The position numbers and the translations under genes were made by a program. A DNA stretch of 64,000 nucleotides. Origin: the human T2T-CHM13v2.0 reference genome, Homo sapiens. The stretch lies in NCBI RefSeq assembly GCF_009914755.1, contig NC_060925.1; one strand, written 5' to 3'. The notes beneath the pieces were generated by a model, which saw only the letters and a program-made list of their open reading frames with translations, searched no databases and had not been told where the DNA came from. Positions 11,781 to 26,490 of the stretch are shown here, in pieces. The number at the start of each line of letters is the position of its first letter. Positions within the stretch are counted from its first letter, which is position 1.

Positions 11781-12399
11781 CTGTGATTTAGAGCCATAAT
11801 TCAGAATTAAAACCTATGTCTAAATTCTAAACCTATGTTTTTCCCTCTAGGTCTGGTAAAAATCTAAAAATACATTTTGGCTGCCTTCTCTGTTTTACAG
11901 ACCCAGAATAAAACCAAAAATCAAAAAACTATTTTGATTATGTGAATGAAACAGGCATACACTCTGAGTGGGAAAGGAAAAATCAGATAACTTGTTCCCT
12001 TTTTGACTTCAGAGATGCTTCTGTTGTGTTCCACGACAGAATGGTGGGTTGAAGCAATAAACTAGTGTCAAGGCACATGTGGAAACAGTCCAAGACCTTC
12101 TATAGCAAGTCATTCAGGGTGATCCAGATAAATCTTGTCCCACTGTTGTAGCTGATGAAAGAATTAAAGTGACTATTTGGTAAAAGTCACTGGGCATATG
12201 GAAGGATCTAAAACATATTCAAAATAGATGCAGAAAACATAGGGCAAAGAACGAGATATTATATCCTATTTACTTTGTCTTTCTAAAGTCCTTATTGATT
12301 GTGAAAGTTTATACAATGTGTAGTTGAATGTTCACGATTTTTATTTCCATTCAACACGCATTTACTATGAAGCTGACCCTGCTATGCCTGCTAGGCCCA

Positions 12400-12890
12400 T
12401 AGGGATGCATCTCCCAACATCTTCCCATCACAGTTGGGGACAATTCAAGTTCTTCCTTTGATCTACAAAAATCTCACCACTGCTACTTCTCTGATCCCAT
12501 TTCCTACAACCATGGCCCATGCATACTCTTCTGTAGCTGCACTGCTCCTTTGGCCTCTGGTAGGGCAGGTTGATCTACCTTCTGACTTGGAGTATTTACT
12601 GTGCACTCTCGCTCTCTCAGTGCAGACCACCCTCCTTTCAGAGATTCACATGAGTAATTCACGCCCTCACTTGATTCAGGTCTGGGCTTAAATGTTATCC
12701 CACCTGTCACTATCCTCTCACTCTAATTTATTTTGATTTATATTACTTATGTATTGTGCATTTATTTATTTATTGTTTTATTTTCTTACCTGTCCTTCCC
12801 CTTTTTTTGTAGAGACTTTGTTTTGCTCATGGCTATATCCTGAGCACCTACTATAGTGACCAACACATAGTTAGAACTCAACACGCATTT
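12400..12890 (+). mobile_element. L2 3' region
   Basis: ttcaggtctgggcttaaatgttatc, ttgttttgctcatggctatatcctgagcaccta...acatagttagaactcaa. Confidence 0.65.
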
Positions 12891-13129
12891 CTTTTCTTCT
12901 TCTTTTTTTTTTTTTTTAAGATGTCACTAAAGGATATAGTAGGAGCTCTAGGATATGGCATGAGCTCACTTCCAGGGACTCAAAGTCCAGCACTGGCCAT
13001 TTAACATAAGCCAAAAGATTTAAGCGAACAATCTACTATTACATGATACAGATAAGAAAAAAAACTCAAAATTGCCTTTTCCATTTTGACATCTGAACAT
13101 AGGTTAGTAATAATAAAAACTGTTAAACT

Positions 13130-13985
13130 CAGCTTCTGCTGCAATTTTAAAAATCTGCAGGTACCCTCCTTGATTATTGATGTGGAAATTACTGATTAGT
13201 CTCTATTTGATGCCACTGGTCAATAAGGCCTTCCCTTGTAACACAGAAACTTGCAACATAATGATTAATATGGAATGGCAGAACTAGCAAAAATCTAGGC
13301 TAGGCAAGAAGCAGTATTGTTCTTGATTTCACCTCACACCTAAAATCAACTCAAATGAATTTTGCAAAAGCCTTGGCATTTGGAAATGTGGATTGTGTGA
13401 GCAACTTCTACCCAAGCAAATCCAGTACATTCCATTTTTGTGCTGAGCATAGAGCTGGCCTGATAATTGGTGCCAAAACCAGATGTTTGACTTTGGAAAA
13501 AGGGCATTCCACACATTCATCAAAAACACTTCTTGGCAAATCCAGCAGTACAGGACACATATGTGTCTCCATGGTCGATAGTGCAGAAACCACATTGGTT
13601 ATATATGAGAAGCATTGTAAAACTGGATGTATTTATAGAAATGCTTATATAACATGCAGTTATTTTTAACAAGAAAGAGTTGAAGTTGTTTAGTGCAGAT
13701 GCATAAATTGTCTTACAAATAAAATGATTGATTGCAACAGAATTCACACTTTCTGATATCATCCAATAGCTATACAGTCAAGTGTTTACCATACATGGCA
13801 GACTGGACATCAGACAAAAAGATCTAATAAGCAAGGATCTTGATGTCAGAAAAAGTGCATGCTGTCAAAGAAGAAGGAGAGGTTCATGCTTGTAGATAAA
13901 TCAAATGAGCTTGAGAAATTGGCCACATTACTTTTATGGCCATCAGTGTGCAGCAGAGAACCTACTAGATAAAGAATTTGCTTTT
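13130..13985 (+). mobile_element. Ancient RTE-clade LINE, decayed reverse-transcriptase region (MamRTE1/L4-like)
   Basis: Collinear frameshifted motifs: CGNY* 13181, SLFDATG 13200, RLG/RSSI 13297, NFAKA 13358, GIP/FIK 13503, KTGCI 13619, LFSADA*IVL 13686, ELEK 13907, LLDKE 13962. Confidence 0.6.
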
Positions 13986-14714
13986 TTTGGGTTCTAGTGA
14001 TGGGTACAACCGAATTCTTCAGTGGTACCTCATTGTGTCTTCTATACTAATGAAAGCTCTCAACTGATAAATGAAAAAGAACAGGACAACCAGGTTCTTC
14101 ATCCTAATTGTTTACAAAATTTGTAAGTTCTGAAACATAGGTGATGTTAAAAAGAAAACCTCCCATTCAAGGTGTTATATTATTATGACCTAAATAAACA
14201 CCTCTTCACCTTACCCCAACAGATATATATAAATACACGCAAAGTGATAAGAACTCAAAGGATAAAAAGGTCACTGTAGATAAAAAGTTCTGTCTTCTCG
14301 GGGAATTGAGCCTCAAATGCGGGGTGAGATGTGAAGAATATAAAGGAAATTCCATGGCAGAGAGAGATGGTATGAACGAGTGACATATTTTGTAACAATG
14401 CAGAGAGGTCTTAACCTAAAGGAGGTGGTAGGACTATGACTATTTGAGAGTTTTGGCCAAAAGAAAAAATAGATAATTTCATCTGTTTGTTCACATTGTG
14501 TCTCCAGAACCTAAAACAGCACCTAACATACAGTAGATAGATAGTAAATGTTTACTGAATTTGAAACAAAGACACAAACCTGGGTTAAACTCGTTATAAT
14601 ATTACCCTTCAAGAAGGATCACAAAATAACAAAACACTAAATTGAAATAAAGGAGAGTGGATGAGTCTTCAAAGCTCTGTTGAGTTAATATTCTCACTTG
14701 CCAAGCTCTCCCTC

Positions 14715-16035
14715 GTAAATAGCCTGGAAGTTGTCACTCATGTCCTTGCAACTAGAAAAAAAGTTTAACAAACTGAAAGTCAATACCTTGTCTTGGAACA
14801 TTGGAAAATTGAGGTCTCAGAGCAAACTGCTATCCCAAAATCTGGAGAGACAGGAGAATACAGAGAATCACCACTGAGATGTGGTTGCCTGGAGCAGAAG
14901 TTGTAGGAGCCATAAACTAATAGGCCATAAACTTAAATGATCATCTTGCCAAATTGCTGGAGACTGAGAATAAGTTAATGTGAGAATGAGAATCTCCTGG
15001 GGACCACAGTCTTAGGGGAGCTCCCTCACTCTCATAGCTTTTATCTTCAGGAACTCCACCAGGTTCTCATGGTAAAGAACTGGGAAAAATTCCTGTGTTT
15101 CTGGCAGAATAAGGGGTAAGGTAACCATTTTGAAATATGCCCAGAGCATTTTCCATGACCAAGACCTACTATGTAGGGGGAAAGACTTTACCAGAGCCTT
15201 ATCCCACCTGGGAAAATGGCAATTTGCCAACTCCAGCCTCCTCTAGCATTTCTGTCCCATCTAAGGTGGAAGGGGAGCTAAGAAAAGCTTCTGAAATAAC
15301 AGATGAAAACACAGGCCTACTAGAAGGCTGAGGTTTAATCATAAGATTATAGAACAAAAGTCTGCCTTTTCCAGGGCTTACACCACATCAATAGTAAAAC
15401 AGTGGATCATAGCTGAAAGAGTGGCAAGATGCCACCTCTATTTAAGGAGGAGTATTTAGGGAAGCCCAAAGACAACAAGGAAGATGAAAACAAAACACAA
15501 CAAAAGACTAAAAAATTTGAAGTATTATATACCCACAGCCACAGCAAAAATTAAACAGCCCAGTTCTAGCCAGATTAACACAAAACCTCACTTTAAAGAA
15601 CTACCTCATTTTCTATCAACTAACAAATAATGTTCAACTTTAAGTAAATAATTACAAAACAAGAAAAATTAAAAGACAAGGAAAAACATAGTCTGGAGGG
15701 ACAAAGAAGCATTCAGACCCAGACTCAGGTATGGCACAAATTTGGGAATTATCCAACAGGGAATTTAAGATAACTATAATTAATATGTCAAAGGCTTTAA
15801 TAGAGAAAGTATACAACATACATGATTAGATGGTTTCCATCCACAAAAAATGGAAATTCTAAGAAAGAATCAAAAGAAAATGCTATAAATCAAAAGCACT
15901 GCAACTAAAATGAAGAATGCCTTTGATGGGCTCATCAATAGACTAAACAGAGGAAGGAATCAGAGAGTTTGAAGATATGTCAGTAAACACTTCCCAAACT
16001 TACATGTGAAGAGGAAAAAGAATGTTAAAAACCAG
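14715..16035 (+). mobile_element. Old L1 (L1M/L1MD-type) 5' UTR and ORF1 start
   Basis: cagacccagactcaggtatggcacaaatttgggaattatc...taactataattaatatg...aaatgaagaatgcctttgatgggctcatcaatagact. Confidence 0.8.
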
Positions 16036-16179
16036 ATAGCCAAGGGGAGGAGGTTTGTATGATACCAACAGATACATACACACACGACACATACATGTGT
16101 TATGTGTATATAAAACAAATATATATAAAACTTTATAATTTTATATAGCTTTGTATATAGCTAATATTTATATTGCACT

Positions 16180-16593
<414 letters not shown>

Positions 16594-16793
16594 CTGCAGC
16601 CATTTTTCTAAGACAGTCTGAGAAGTGTCAAGATAAAGAAAGAAGATTGACAGGGAGTGAAAAGTCACAGTCCAATCTTAGAGAAGTCAGGCAATGACCA
16701 GGGATAGAATCCAATGAACGCATGAGTGCATTGCTAAATTCAAATCAAATAGATAGTAAATGCTCTGGAAGGTTATATAAAGGCAAAGACTAG

Positions 16794-17149
<356 letters not shown>

Positions 17150-18329
17150 TTAGAGGATTTATAATGAGAAGCAGAAGATAAAACTGAAAATGCTTAGTAG
17201 AGTAAGAAAGTGAAAAGCCTTGACTACAAGGATAAGCAACAGACAATCAAAACTGTAGAGGTATATGAATAAAATGTTTCAACAGGCAGTAAAAATAGTA
17301 GCATGGACAAACACATGGGCTTTCCCTGGGTTACAAACATAATTATGAACTAAGTTGATGCTACTTAATGGTAACTGTAGTTCCTTCGCAGCTAAAATAT
17401 AAATGACCCTTACAACAACCTGAGCACCAGGGGGGAGGGGCGCATAAGACAGGACACATGTGGACTTAGCACCACCACTCAGACTGTCCTGCATCCTTAG
17501 GTGCAAATCCAAAGACTGTCTCTCTACTTAGCATGCCATCATCACCAACTGTCATTATTTATTGAAAACCTACTACATTTCTGGTCAAACTCTGGGCACC
17601 TTGAGAATTTCCATAGCATGAAGAAGATGGCCTAATTTCACCCTCAAGGAAAACACATGCTAATAAAAACATTTCATTTTGATTTAGGGCCAATTGCTAA
17701 AATCGTATGTTTGAACACATGCATGTCCTTTTTACAAACAAAGCACAAAACCAGAGACTGAAGAACACTTTTGGAAGCACAAAATCTGTGATTATTATCT
17801 AGCTTTCCAGAAACATCTGGAATTTTGAGTTCCTGTTCTTATTACCCTGGAAAGCAATAAGCTTCCTCCTGTCATTCACCTTCTTTTGACCTTATTGTAA
17901 CAAGGCTTAAAAGGAGACTTAGATTTGTCTGTAGTAGTAACATCTAAGACATTAAATCATCTTATGATCCATATTGTCCAAAATCATTCTACCTTGGAAG
18001 TGATATGGGAATGACTGTTAAGATATAATTAGATTTTGCTGACATAAATGTTTGTTTCGCTTTTTGTGCTAGCATTTAACGTATTTTCTTAGGCCTAAGC
18101 TCCTCAAAATTTCCAAGTAGCTTATAAATATTAATGTTGAAATCATTTAACCCATTGCGGCTATCAAGTAACTCAACGTAAAGAAGTAAAAAGATCTTGT
18201 TATTAGGTCAACCCTTCACTTTTTGTTTTTAATTAAATTCTTTAAGAATAGAATTATGATTGGTTTAGTGTAGCCCTTCTGGATGTGTGGACATCCCATA
18301 CATCAATGGGATACCTCAGAAGGTAGGCG

Positions 18330-18810
18330 GACCAAATCATTATTACAATAACTTACCCCAAAATTCTGACTGCCAGATGAGCTTCCCAGGTACTCAAATT
18401 ATTACTAATATGACATGAGATGAGATGCAGTCAGAGGGAAGGTGGAGGAATAACTAATGGTTTTGGTATTTACCTTCTATGGCAACAGATTGTGGAGCCA
18501 TCCACCTTCCATTTACTACCCTAGTGAGTGTGCATAGGATGAAAAAAAAACATTAAAAGTCATGAACATGCAATTAAAATCTGTGAGGAGAACCAGAAGG
18601 CCTTGGTGGTGGCTTTGAAAGAGTTCATCATCTCTGGCAGTCTCAGGGAAGATATGACTGAGGACAAAGTCAAGTCTGATTGTAATGAGTGCAGCATTAT
18701 TGCAACAATTGAATGCTCAATCTTGCCAAGTCTTTCTTACTATTAAAAGAGCATTATGAGGAAAGATTGGGAACCATATGCATTGGTGGGAGACATTTAA
18801 GCAGGTAAGA
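18330..18810 (+). mobile_element. ERVL internal (gag N-terminal region) fragment 1
   Basis: ttgcaacaattgaatgctcaatcttgccaagtc...gagcattatgaggaaagattgggaacc...tggtgggagacattt resembles ERVL/MLT-int gag. Confidence 0.55.
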
Positions 18811-18829
18811 ATGAGGGAGAGAAAATTTT

Positions 18830-19540
18830 TGCTCGTTTTATGTTGCTTTTTTCTTTTTTACATTTTAGGCATCTTTATTGAGATATAACTTATATAAAAA
18901 TAAACCCCACATATTTAAATTGTACAATTTGATCAATTTTGACACACGTGCACGCACACACACATCTATATACATACATAAAGACCATCACTACAATAAA
19001 GATAATTAAAATAACCACCATCTGCAAAAGTTTGTAGTCTCTGTCATTTGCAACTTCCTATCCTTTCTTATCTCCATGCAGACCACTGATCTACTTCCTA
19101 TTACTATGGATTAGTTTTTATTTTCCAGGATTTTATAAGAGTTTATGTTACTTTAATTTGTCTCACTCCTTACATTCAACACAATTGTTTTATACATGTT
19201 GTTGGAGATTTATACATGTTGTTGATTGTAACATTCATTTTTATTGCTGAGTAGTATTCCTTTCTTCAGACATAACATAATTTGTTTATCCAATCACTTG
19301 CTAATGGGCATTTAAGTTGTGTCCAGTTTTTGCCTAGTAAAAATAAAGCTGTTATGAGCATTTATATACAAGTCAATATGTGGACATATGCTTTTACTTC
19401 TTTTGGATAAATACCTAAGAGTAAAATAGCAGGGTTATATAGGAGATATGAACATTTTCAGTAGTGGTTATATCATTTTACATTCCCATCAGCATTATTT
19501 GAAAGTTCCAGTTGCTCCACATCCTCATCAAAACTCGGAA
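18830..19540 (-). mobile_element. L1MC-type 3' end
   Basis: tttattgagatataacttatata...tgtacaatttgatcaattttgaca...tattgctgagtagtattcc...ccagttgctccacatcctc. Confidence 0.85.
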
Positions 19541-20718
19541 TTATCAATCTATTAAAATCTACCTAGAAATGACATATAATAATCACACAATTTTAAATCA
19601 ATTATTGTATGTGTATTGCACACATTCAAGAAGCTATAGAAAAGATGCAATAAGAAAAATCATGAAACATATAAAAAGAACAAATCAAATTTCTAAAGAT
19701 AAAAGCAAAAATGTCTGAGTTGAAAACTATACTTAATGAATTAACAGCAGATTAGACATTGCAGAAAAAAAGATTCATGAACTGCCTGGCATGGTGGCTC
19801 ATGCCTGTTATCCTAGCATTTTGGGAGGCTGAGGTGGGCGAATCACCTGAGGTCAGAAGTTCGAGACTGGCCTGGCCATCATGGTTGAAACCCCATCTCA
19901 ACTAAAAATTCCAAAATTAGCCGGGTGTGGTGGCATGTGCCTATAATCCTGGCTACTCGGGAGGCTGAGGCAGGAGAATTGCTTGAATCCAGGGGGCAGA
20001 GGTTACAGTGAGCCAAGATTGCACCACTTCACTCCAGCCTGGGCAAAAGAGCGAAATTCCATCTCAAAAACAAACAAACAAACAAAAACAACATAAACAA
20101 CAACAAAAAACCAAGAGTAATGAAAGTTGGAGACATTGTAATAGAAACAGTTCAAAATTTAGACAGAAAATTAGACTGAAAGAAATGAACAGAGCATCAG
20201 AGAGCTGTGGCACAACTTCAAGCAACCAAATATACCTGTTTTTGGAGTCTTCAATGGAGGAATTAGGGAAGAAAAAATACTTGAAGAAATAATGTCTGGT
20301 AAATTTTCACACTTTATACAAACTATAAACCCATGGATTCCAGAAGCTCAGAAAACTCTAAACACACACACACAAAAGAAGAAAATCACAAGAGACAGAC
20401 TGAAAAAAAGCACATCATGTACAGAGGAACACATAAAGAGGACAACAGACCTTTATGAGAAGCAATGCGAACTAGAAGATATCCTTAAAGTACTGAAAGG
20501 AAAAATAACTGTCAACCTAGAATTCCTTATCTAGTAAAATATTTTTCAAACAAAATGTGAAATAAAGACTGTTTAAGACATAGAAAAACTGGAAGAATTT
20601 ATTGCCAGTGTACCTACACTACAAGACATTTTAAAGGAAAGCCCTTTAGGGAAAAGAACAATGATATCAGATGGAAATCTAAACCTGCACAGAAAATGAA
20701 GAGCAAAGAACATGGCTA
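19540..20718 (+). mobile_element. L1 ORF1 region (inverted relative to flanking L1 pieces), interrupted by Alu
   Basis: attaacagcagattagacattgcagaa, aaatgaacagagcatcag, ctgtcaacctagaattc, atgatatcagatggaaatct. Confidence 0.85.
19783..20110 (+). mobile_element. AluS
   Basis: Full dimer with (CAAA)n tail; degenerate TSD aagattcatgaa/aagagtaatgaa. Confidence 0.95.
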
Positions 20719-20719
20719 A

Positions 20720-21330
20720 GTTATTTGAAACTAGTTCAATTCTTTCAGGTCTTGTTTTAAAGCTTTGTTCTAGAGGTAACCTCACTACTGCTGAGGTAGG
20801 ACTCTAAAATGCCTTTTGAATTATGAGGTTGCTCCATTGATGGGAACAGGTACTATTCTCAGCCCTATTGGAGCACCAGGAATTGTTTTCTCTAATCCTT
20901 TAGAGTGGTTCCTTGTTTAGCCTGAATAGTTTCCTTACCTGTATATGTTGGTCACTACTAAACTGACTTTAGTTCAATTTAAGTAAGCCTCTGCAGATTT
21001 CTGCAATTCATTCTCTATGTAGCTCTCTTCTCTCTGGTACTCTGCTTTTTGTACTCTAGCTGACTTGTCCTCCTGACCTCTTAAAGTCTGCTTATCTTTG
21101 GGAGGCCACCAAGCTCTTTCTGGGGCCTTCTTCAATACACTGTAGGCTGGAAACATTCTCTAGAAAGTAAGATGGGTAATCATAGCACTCATGTTATTTG
21201 TTTCTCATCTTCTAGGCAACAAACCCAGTTGTTTCTGATGTCCAATATCTCGACAACCATTAATTAGTCATGGTGTTCAGTTTTTTAGTTGGAAGGTGAA
21301 TTCAATCCCTGTTACTCCATCTTACCCAGA
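20720..21330 (-). mobile_element. L1 5' UTR fragment
   Basis: tttgaaactagttcaattctttcaggtcttgttttaaagctttgtt, ctctgcagatttctg, aaggtgaattcaatccctgttactccatctt. Confidence 0.75.
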
Positions 21331-21499
21331 AGTTATAACTGAGAAACATGAACTTCAAAATTCTTCTGATCATCCTTTGCCAGTAGAGAAATCTCAACTG
21401 TTATTCTCTGGAAAAAATAATATTTTAATGATTGGCTCTCAAGCTGATGCCCATGTTTGTTCAAGACATACTCTGCCAGCTTTCATTGCCTCTAATCCT

Positions 21500-22135
21500 A
21501 ATAAAACACTTAGCCCAGACTGAGTGAGGGAAGCCCTATTCTACAAGGAGAAAACCTTTACATCAATGCAATGACAAGGCATTACCAATGTATGCCATCA
21601 AGAACTGAGGTGGATTTATGAAAACAGATTCTAAGAGGGTTAAGCCAACAGGGACAGAACATAAGACCTGATGGAGCCAAATTCATTGTCCTATGTCCCA
21701 TCTACCTGAGATTCAGAATTAATTTGTTGCCTTGAGCTCAAGAAAGTGGGTTAATAGTTTGCTGGGCTGAATAATCAAAATATGGATTTAATCAGGGCTT
21801 ACAATTATTGAGGTCAAACTGCCAGAAATTTATTCACATACATACTACAGAAAAGAAAAAAATGTCCAATTATTTCAGGAAGTAGGTGTATGTTATGTGC
21901 AACTTGCTCAGCCACTTCGCCTGGAAAACAGACAATGCATTAAGAAATGCATTTGTGAAAGGATGTCAGTAGCTTTGAAGCTCTCTGTGGTGGTTGTCCC
22001 CTTAAGACTAAAAGTAGCAGAGAAATATGCTATTACACTTTGGGTTCACTAATCTCAGTGGGAATTATGGCATCTCAGATTGGTAAAGGCCACTCAGACA
22101 ATCAAAGTTAAGGTGGAATAACTACAATAAGTTAG
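21500..22135 (+). mobile_element. ERVL internal gag fragment 2
   Basis: 21628-21702 translates ILRGLSQQGQNIRPDGAKFIVLCPI, similar to ERVL gag WILRVWDQGGRNIKLDQAEFIDMGPL (recalled consensus). Confidence 0.7.
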
Positions 22136-22136
22136 G

Positions 22137-22715
22137 GGAAGATAGCGTGGAGATTCCTCAGGGATCTAGAACCAGAAATACCATTTGACCCAGCAATCCC
22201 ATTACTGGATGTATACCCACAGGATTATATAAATCATTCTACTATAAATACACATGCACACGTATGTTTATTGCAGCACTGTTCACAATAGCAAAGACTT
22301 GGAACTAATCCAAATGCCCATAAATGGTAGACTGGATAAAGAAAATGTGGCACACATACTCATGGAACACTACGCAGCCATAAAAAGGATGAGTTCATGT
22401 CCTTTGTAGGGACATGGATGAAGCTGGAAACCATCATTCTCAGCAAACTAACACAGGAACAGAAAACCAAACACTGCATGTTCTCACTCGTAAGTGGGCA
22501 TTGAACAATGAGAACACATGGACACAGGGAGGGGAACATCACACACCGGGGCCTGTTGGCAGGTGGGGGACTAGGGGAGAGATAGCATTAGGAGAAATAT
22601 CTAATGTAGATGACAGGTTGATGGGTCCAGTGAACCACCATGGCACTTGTATACCTATGTAACAAAACTGCATGCTCTGCACATGTATCCCAGAACTTAT
22701 AGTAATAAAAAAAAA
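22137..22715 (+). mobile_element. L1PA (approx. L1PA7) 3' end, 5'-truncated
   Basis: gatctagaaccagaaataccatttgacccagcaatccc...gcattaggagaaatatctaatgtagatgacaggttgatggg...gtatcccagaactta + A tail. Confidence 0.95.
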
Positions 22716-22769
22716 GTTTTTTTTAAAAAAGGAAGAAATGGGGGGGAAAAAAAAAGAACAAAATTGTAA

Positions 22770-23560
<791 letters not shown>

Positions 23561-23797
23561 GGGTGGCAAGAACTGTTGAATCTGTTTTATTACTTGACCA
23601 TTTCCTTTGTACTCTTTTTTTCTCCACACTTCCTTATATAAAGAATACCAGCAGTAACAAACATTTAGCTCCCAACTTGGATTATAAGTTGGTGGAAATA
23701 ACTCCTCCCTGTTATGATAGTTGGTAGAACCTTTTGCTTTCCTATGCTGGAGACATGAATTAGATGAAAGAGAAGGGCAGCTCTTGATAGGATAAAG

Positions 23798-24266
23798 ATA
23801 TAGCTTTCTTTTGCCTGTCCAGATCCATTCTTCACCCTTTTCCCCTGTATTCTGATCCCAGAAAATCAACTGCATGAACTACATCAGTAGATTTTTTTGA
23901 AACCTGAAACTAGTTGGGTTTCACCAGTTGAGAACCCTGGAAAGAAATTGGTGAGATAGAAGAGTAAGGTTAGGGCTCCCTTCCTACAAGACCAGACAAG
24001 CTGGCTGTGTCCCTTGACACAGGTCACCACGATTCTTAAAGGGGCTGACTCTACATAACTCTCCTTCCAAGTCCCAGTGGCCACATCTGACCCTTCTCCC
24101 TGCAGGTGTGGTAAAAGCTTGGCTGCCACTAAGCCCTGTCTATGTTTTTGCGTTATGCTTTTTGTTTTCTCTACACTTACCTTTGTAAATATCTTTTGTG
24201 AATAAACTCCTTTGATTATCCTATTTTGAGTTATGGTATATTTCCTGATGGAATCTGACTGATACA
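23798..24266 (+). mobile_element. ERVL LTR (LTR33-like)
   Basis: ttttgcctgtccagatccattc start region; AATAAA near 24201; ends ttcctgatggaatctgactgataca. Confidence 0.7.
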
Positions 24267-24919
24267 CCTTTTTTCTCTTGATGAATCCTCCTTGTATTGA
24301 GGAGCTAAATACCAAAAGGAGAGAGAGAAAAAACTCTTCATGTGGAAACAGGATTGAATGTTAAGCTTGACTAAAACCAACCTAGACTTTAATAATGGGA
24401 AGTGAGAGGAAGTTTACGGACTTCACCTAAGATGTCATTGGTACGGTAAGTGAGAGTCAGCAGAAAATGGATTATAATCATTGGAAAAAGAAGTAACACC
24501 ATTTTCTATTTGTCGCCTCTCAGCAACTACCCTGGTTATATAAGATATCTCAGTCATTGCATGAAGTCATTTTCAAAGAAGAACAACCTAACATAAATAA
24601 AAAGGAATTCCAAGTGTCTTTGTATCCCTCAAAGAAATTAGAGAATATTCAATTCATAAGCACAGCAACACTTTCCAAATATTTTCTGCTCCCCCCTCAA
24701 TTCCTAACCCCTTGCCAAGCAAGTCTCTCATACTCACAGCTGCTGTGCATCCTTTTTATATGGCAAAATTCCCCCACATTCTCTCCAATTCCTTAGACTA
24801 CCCACGACTTTCCCATCTTTTTTCCTTCTTCCCAACTCTCAATGCATATTTAAAAAAACTAAACATTTCCGAATGTTTAAAGTTCTATTTTGCCTGCTTC
24901 ATCAATTTCCCACATTCTC

Positions 24920-24920
24920 T

Positions 24921-24957
<37 letters not shown>
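24920..24957. repeat. (GA)n microsatellite
   Basis: gagagagaga... with one aa interruption. Confidence 0.95.
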
Positions 24958-26490
24958 CACTTTAGCTCTGATTCAACAGGCAAACTAGGATATCTAACTA
25001 GGATAAGCACTGCTGGTTTCTATTCTCGTCTGTCCATTCTCTCTCTTCTGCATTACCAAAAACAGACAAACAAGCAAACAAAAACCCCCCAAATCTGAAA
25101 ACCTGCTTGGCAAAACAAAACATACCTTAATGAATAAGGGAGACTGAAGGGGAAAAGCTCATCTAAAGAATAGCAAGGGAAACACTACCCTTTAACATAT
25201 TTTGTTCCCTTCATACCTGAAGCTTAGAACAGTGCCTAGGCAAACACAAATAGTATGAACTCCAGGAATCCTAGCAATTTTTATGCTCTGTAAGAAGTAT
25301 AGAAATGATTTGGATCATTTTGGTGTCTCTGAAACTGCAGCTTTTGAACATAAAATTTGCATGAGAAGAATCCTGTAGAAAGGCTGAGTATTAGATAGAT
25401 GTAAATTTTGGTGGATTATATATTGGTTAGCATCAGACAGTTGCCTGATTGAATAATTAATAAAATTCCCAACACATTTGACTTTTATCCAGTCAGTATC
25501 TGCAGATGTGACTGAAAAGGCTCCTGAGCCCACATATATTCAGTCCATGTTTTGCATGGCAGATGCTGTTGCAGTACCTTCTGTTGTCTTGATCCTCTCC
25601 CACATTGTTTTGGGGAGAGTAAAGAATACCTGTCCCTTAGGCATTGTCTTCTATGTATTGCATAAACATACTTTGCACAGGATCTCACGTTTATGACATC
25701 CCTTTTGAGTGTGATGCCCTCAGATGCATTTAAAAACTCTTTTAATTTAAAACTCTTTTAAAGCTTTCTATTTTATTTCACTGACATGCCAAATTACAGT
25801 GGCTTGCACAGGGCAGGTCCTCAGAGTCATTATTACTATTTGCAAAATTCCTTTTTATTGGATACCAGACTGGTCTTTCAGCTGCTATCTTCTCCTAGGA
25901 GCTCTTGCTGTGCTGTGTTTTTGGAAGGCATGCTTCAAGGTATTTACAATTTCTAAGAGACAGCAGAGCTTTCGTTTTGGCCTTCAGTTATCCCCATAAA
26001 CTCACACCTGGCTTCTTGAATTTAAAAAAAAATGATGATTTGGGGAAATATTGCAGCAAATTTTAAGTTATAATTCAATATTTTCTTTTCTCAGTACAGG
26101 CCACCCCTGCAATCTGTAATAAAGTCTCCTAGGGATTCTTTCCAGTACTGTTATGGAAAATAGGCCACACAAGAATTAGACCGCAATGGAAAGAGCCTCC
26201 TGGTGAATAGCCTTCCACTCAACTTCAAAAGAGCAAAACCACTTTAATTAAAACACCTTAAAACTATCCTAGCTCCTCTGCATCAGATATAGTCAGTAAA
26301 GAGGTGTTTAGTGACCTCTCCTGTATAAGCATATACAATCATACTGGAGCACTTGAAATGTTCCTAAAGACAAATCTGGTTTCCAACTCACAGAACAGTT
26401 AATCCAGTGATTTTCAATAGTAGATACAAATATCTGGTGGATCTTGATTTCGTTTCCCCTTCTTAGAATGGATCTATTACTCATACCTTG

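Noticed and set aside
12888-12923. PolyT plus aagatg as a truncated Alu
   Set aside because: No Alu body and no TSD
13355-13669. 104-aa ORF as a functional small protein
   Set aside because: It runs through a frameshifted RT fossil and captures only some motifs; the catalytic motif is destroyed and lies outside the ORF
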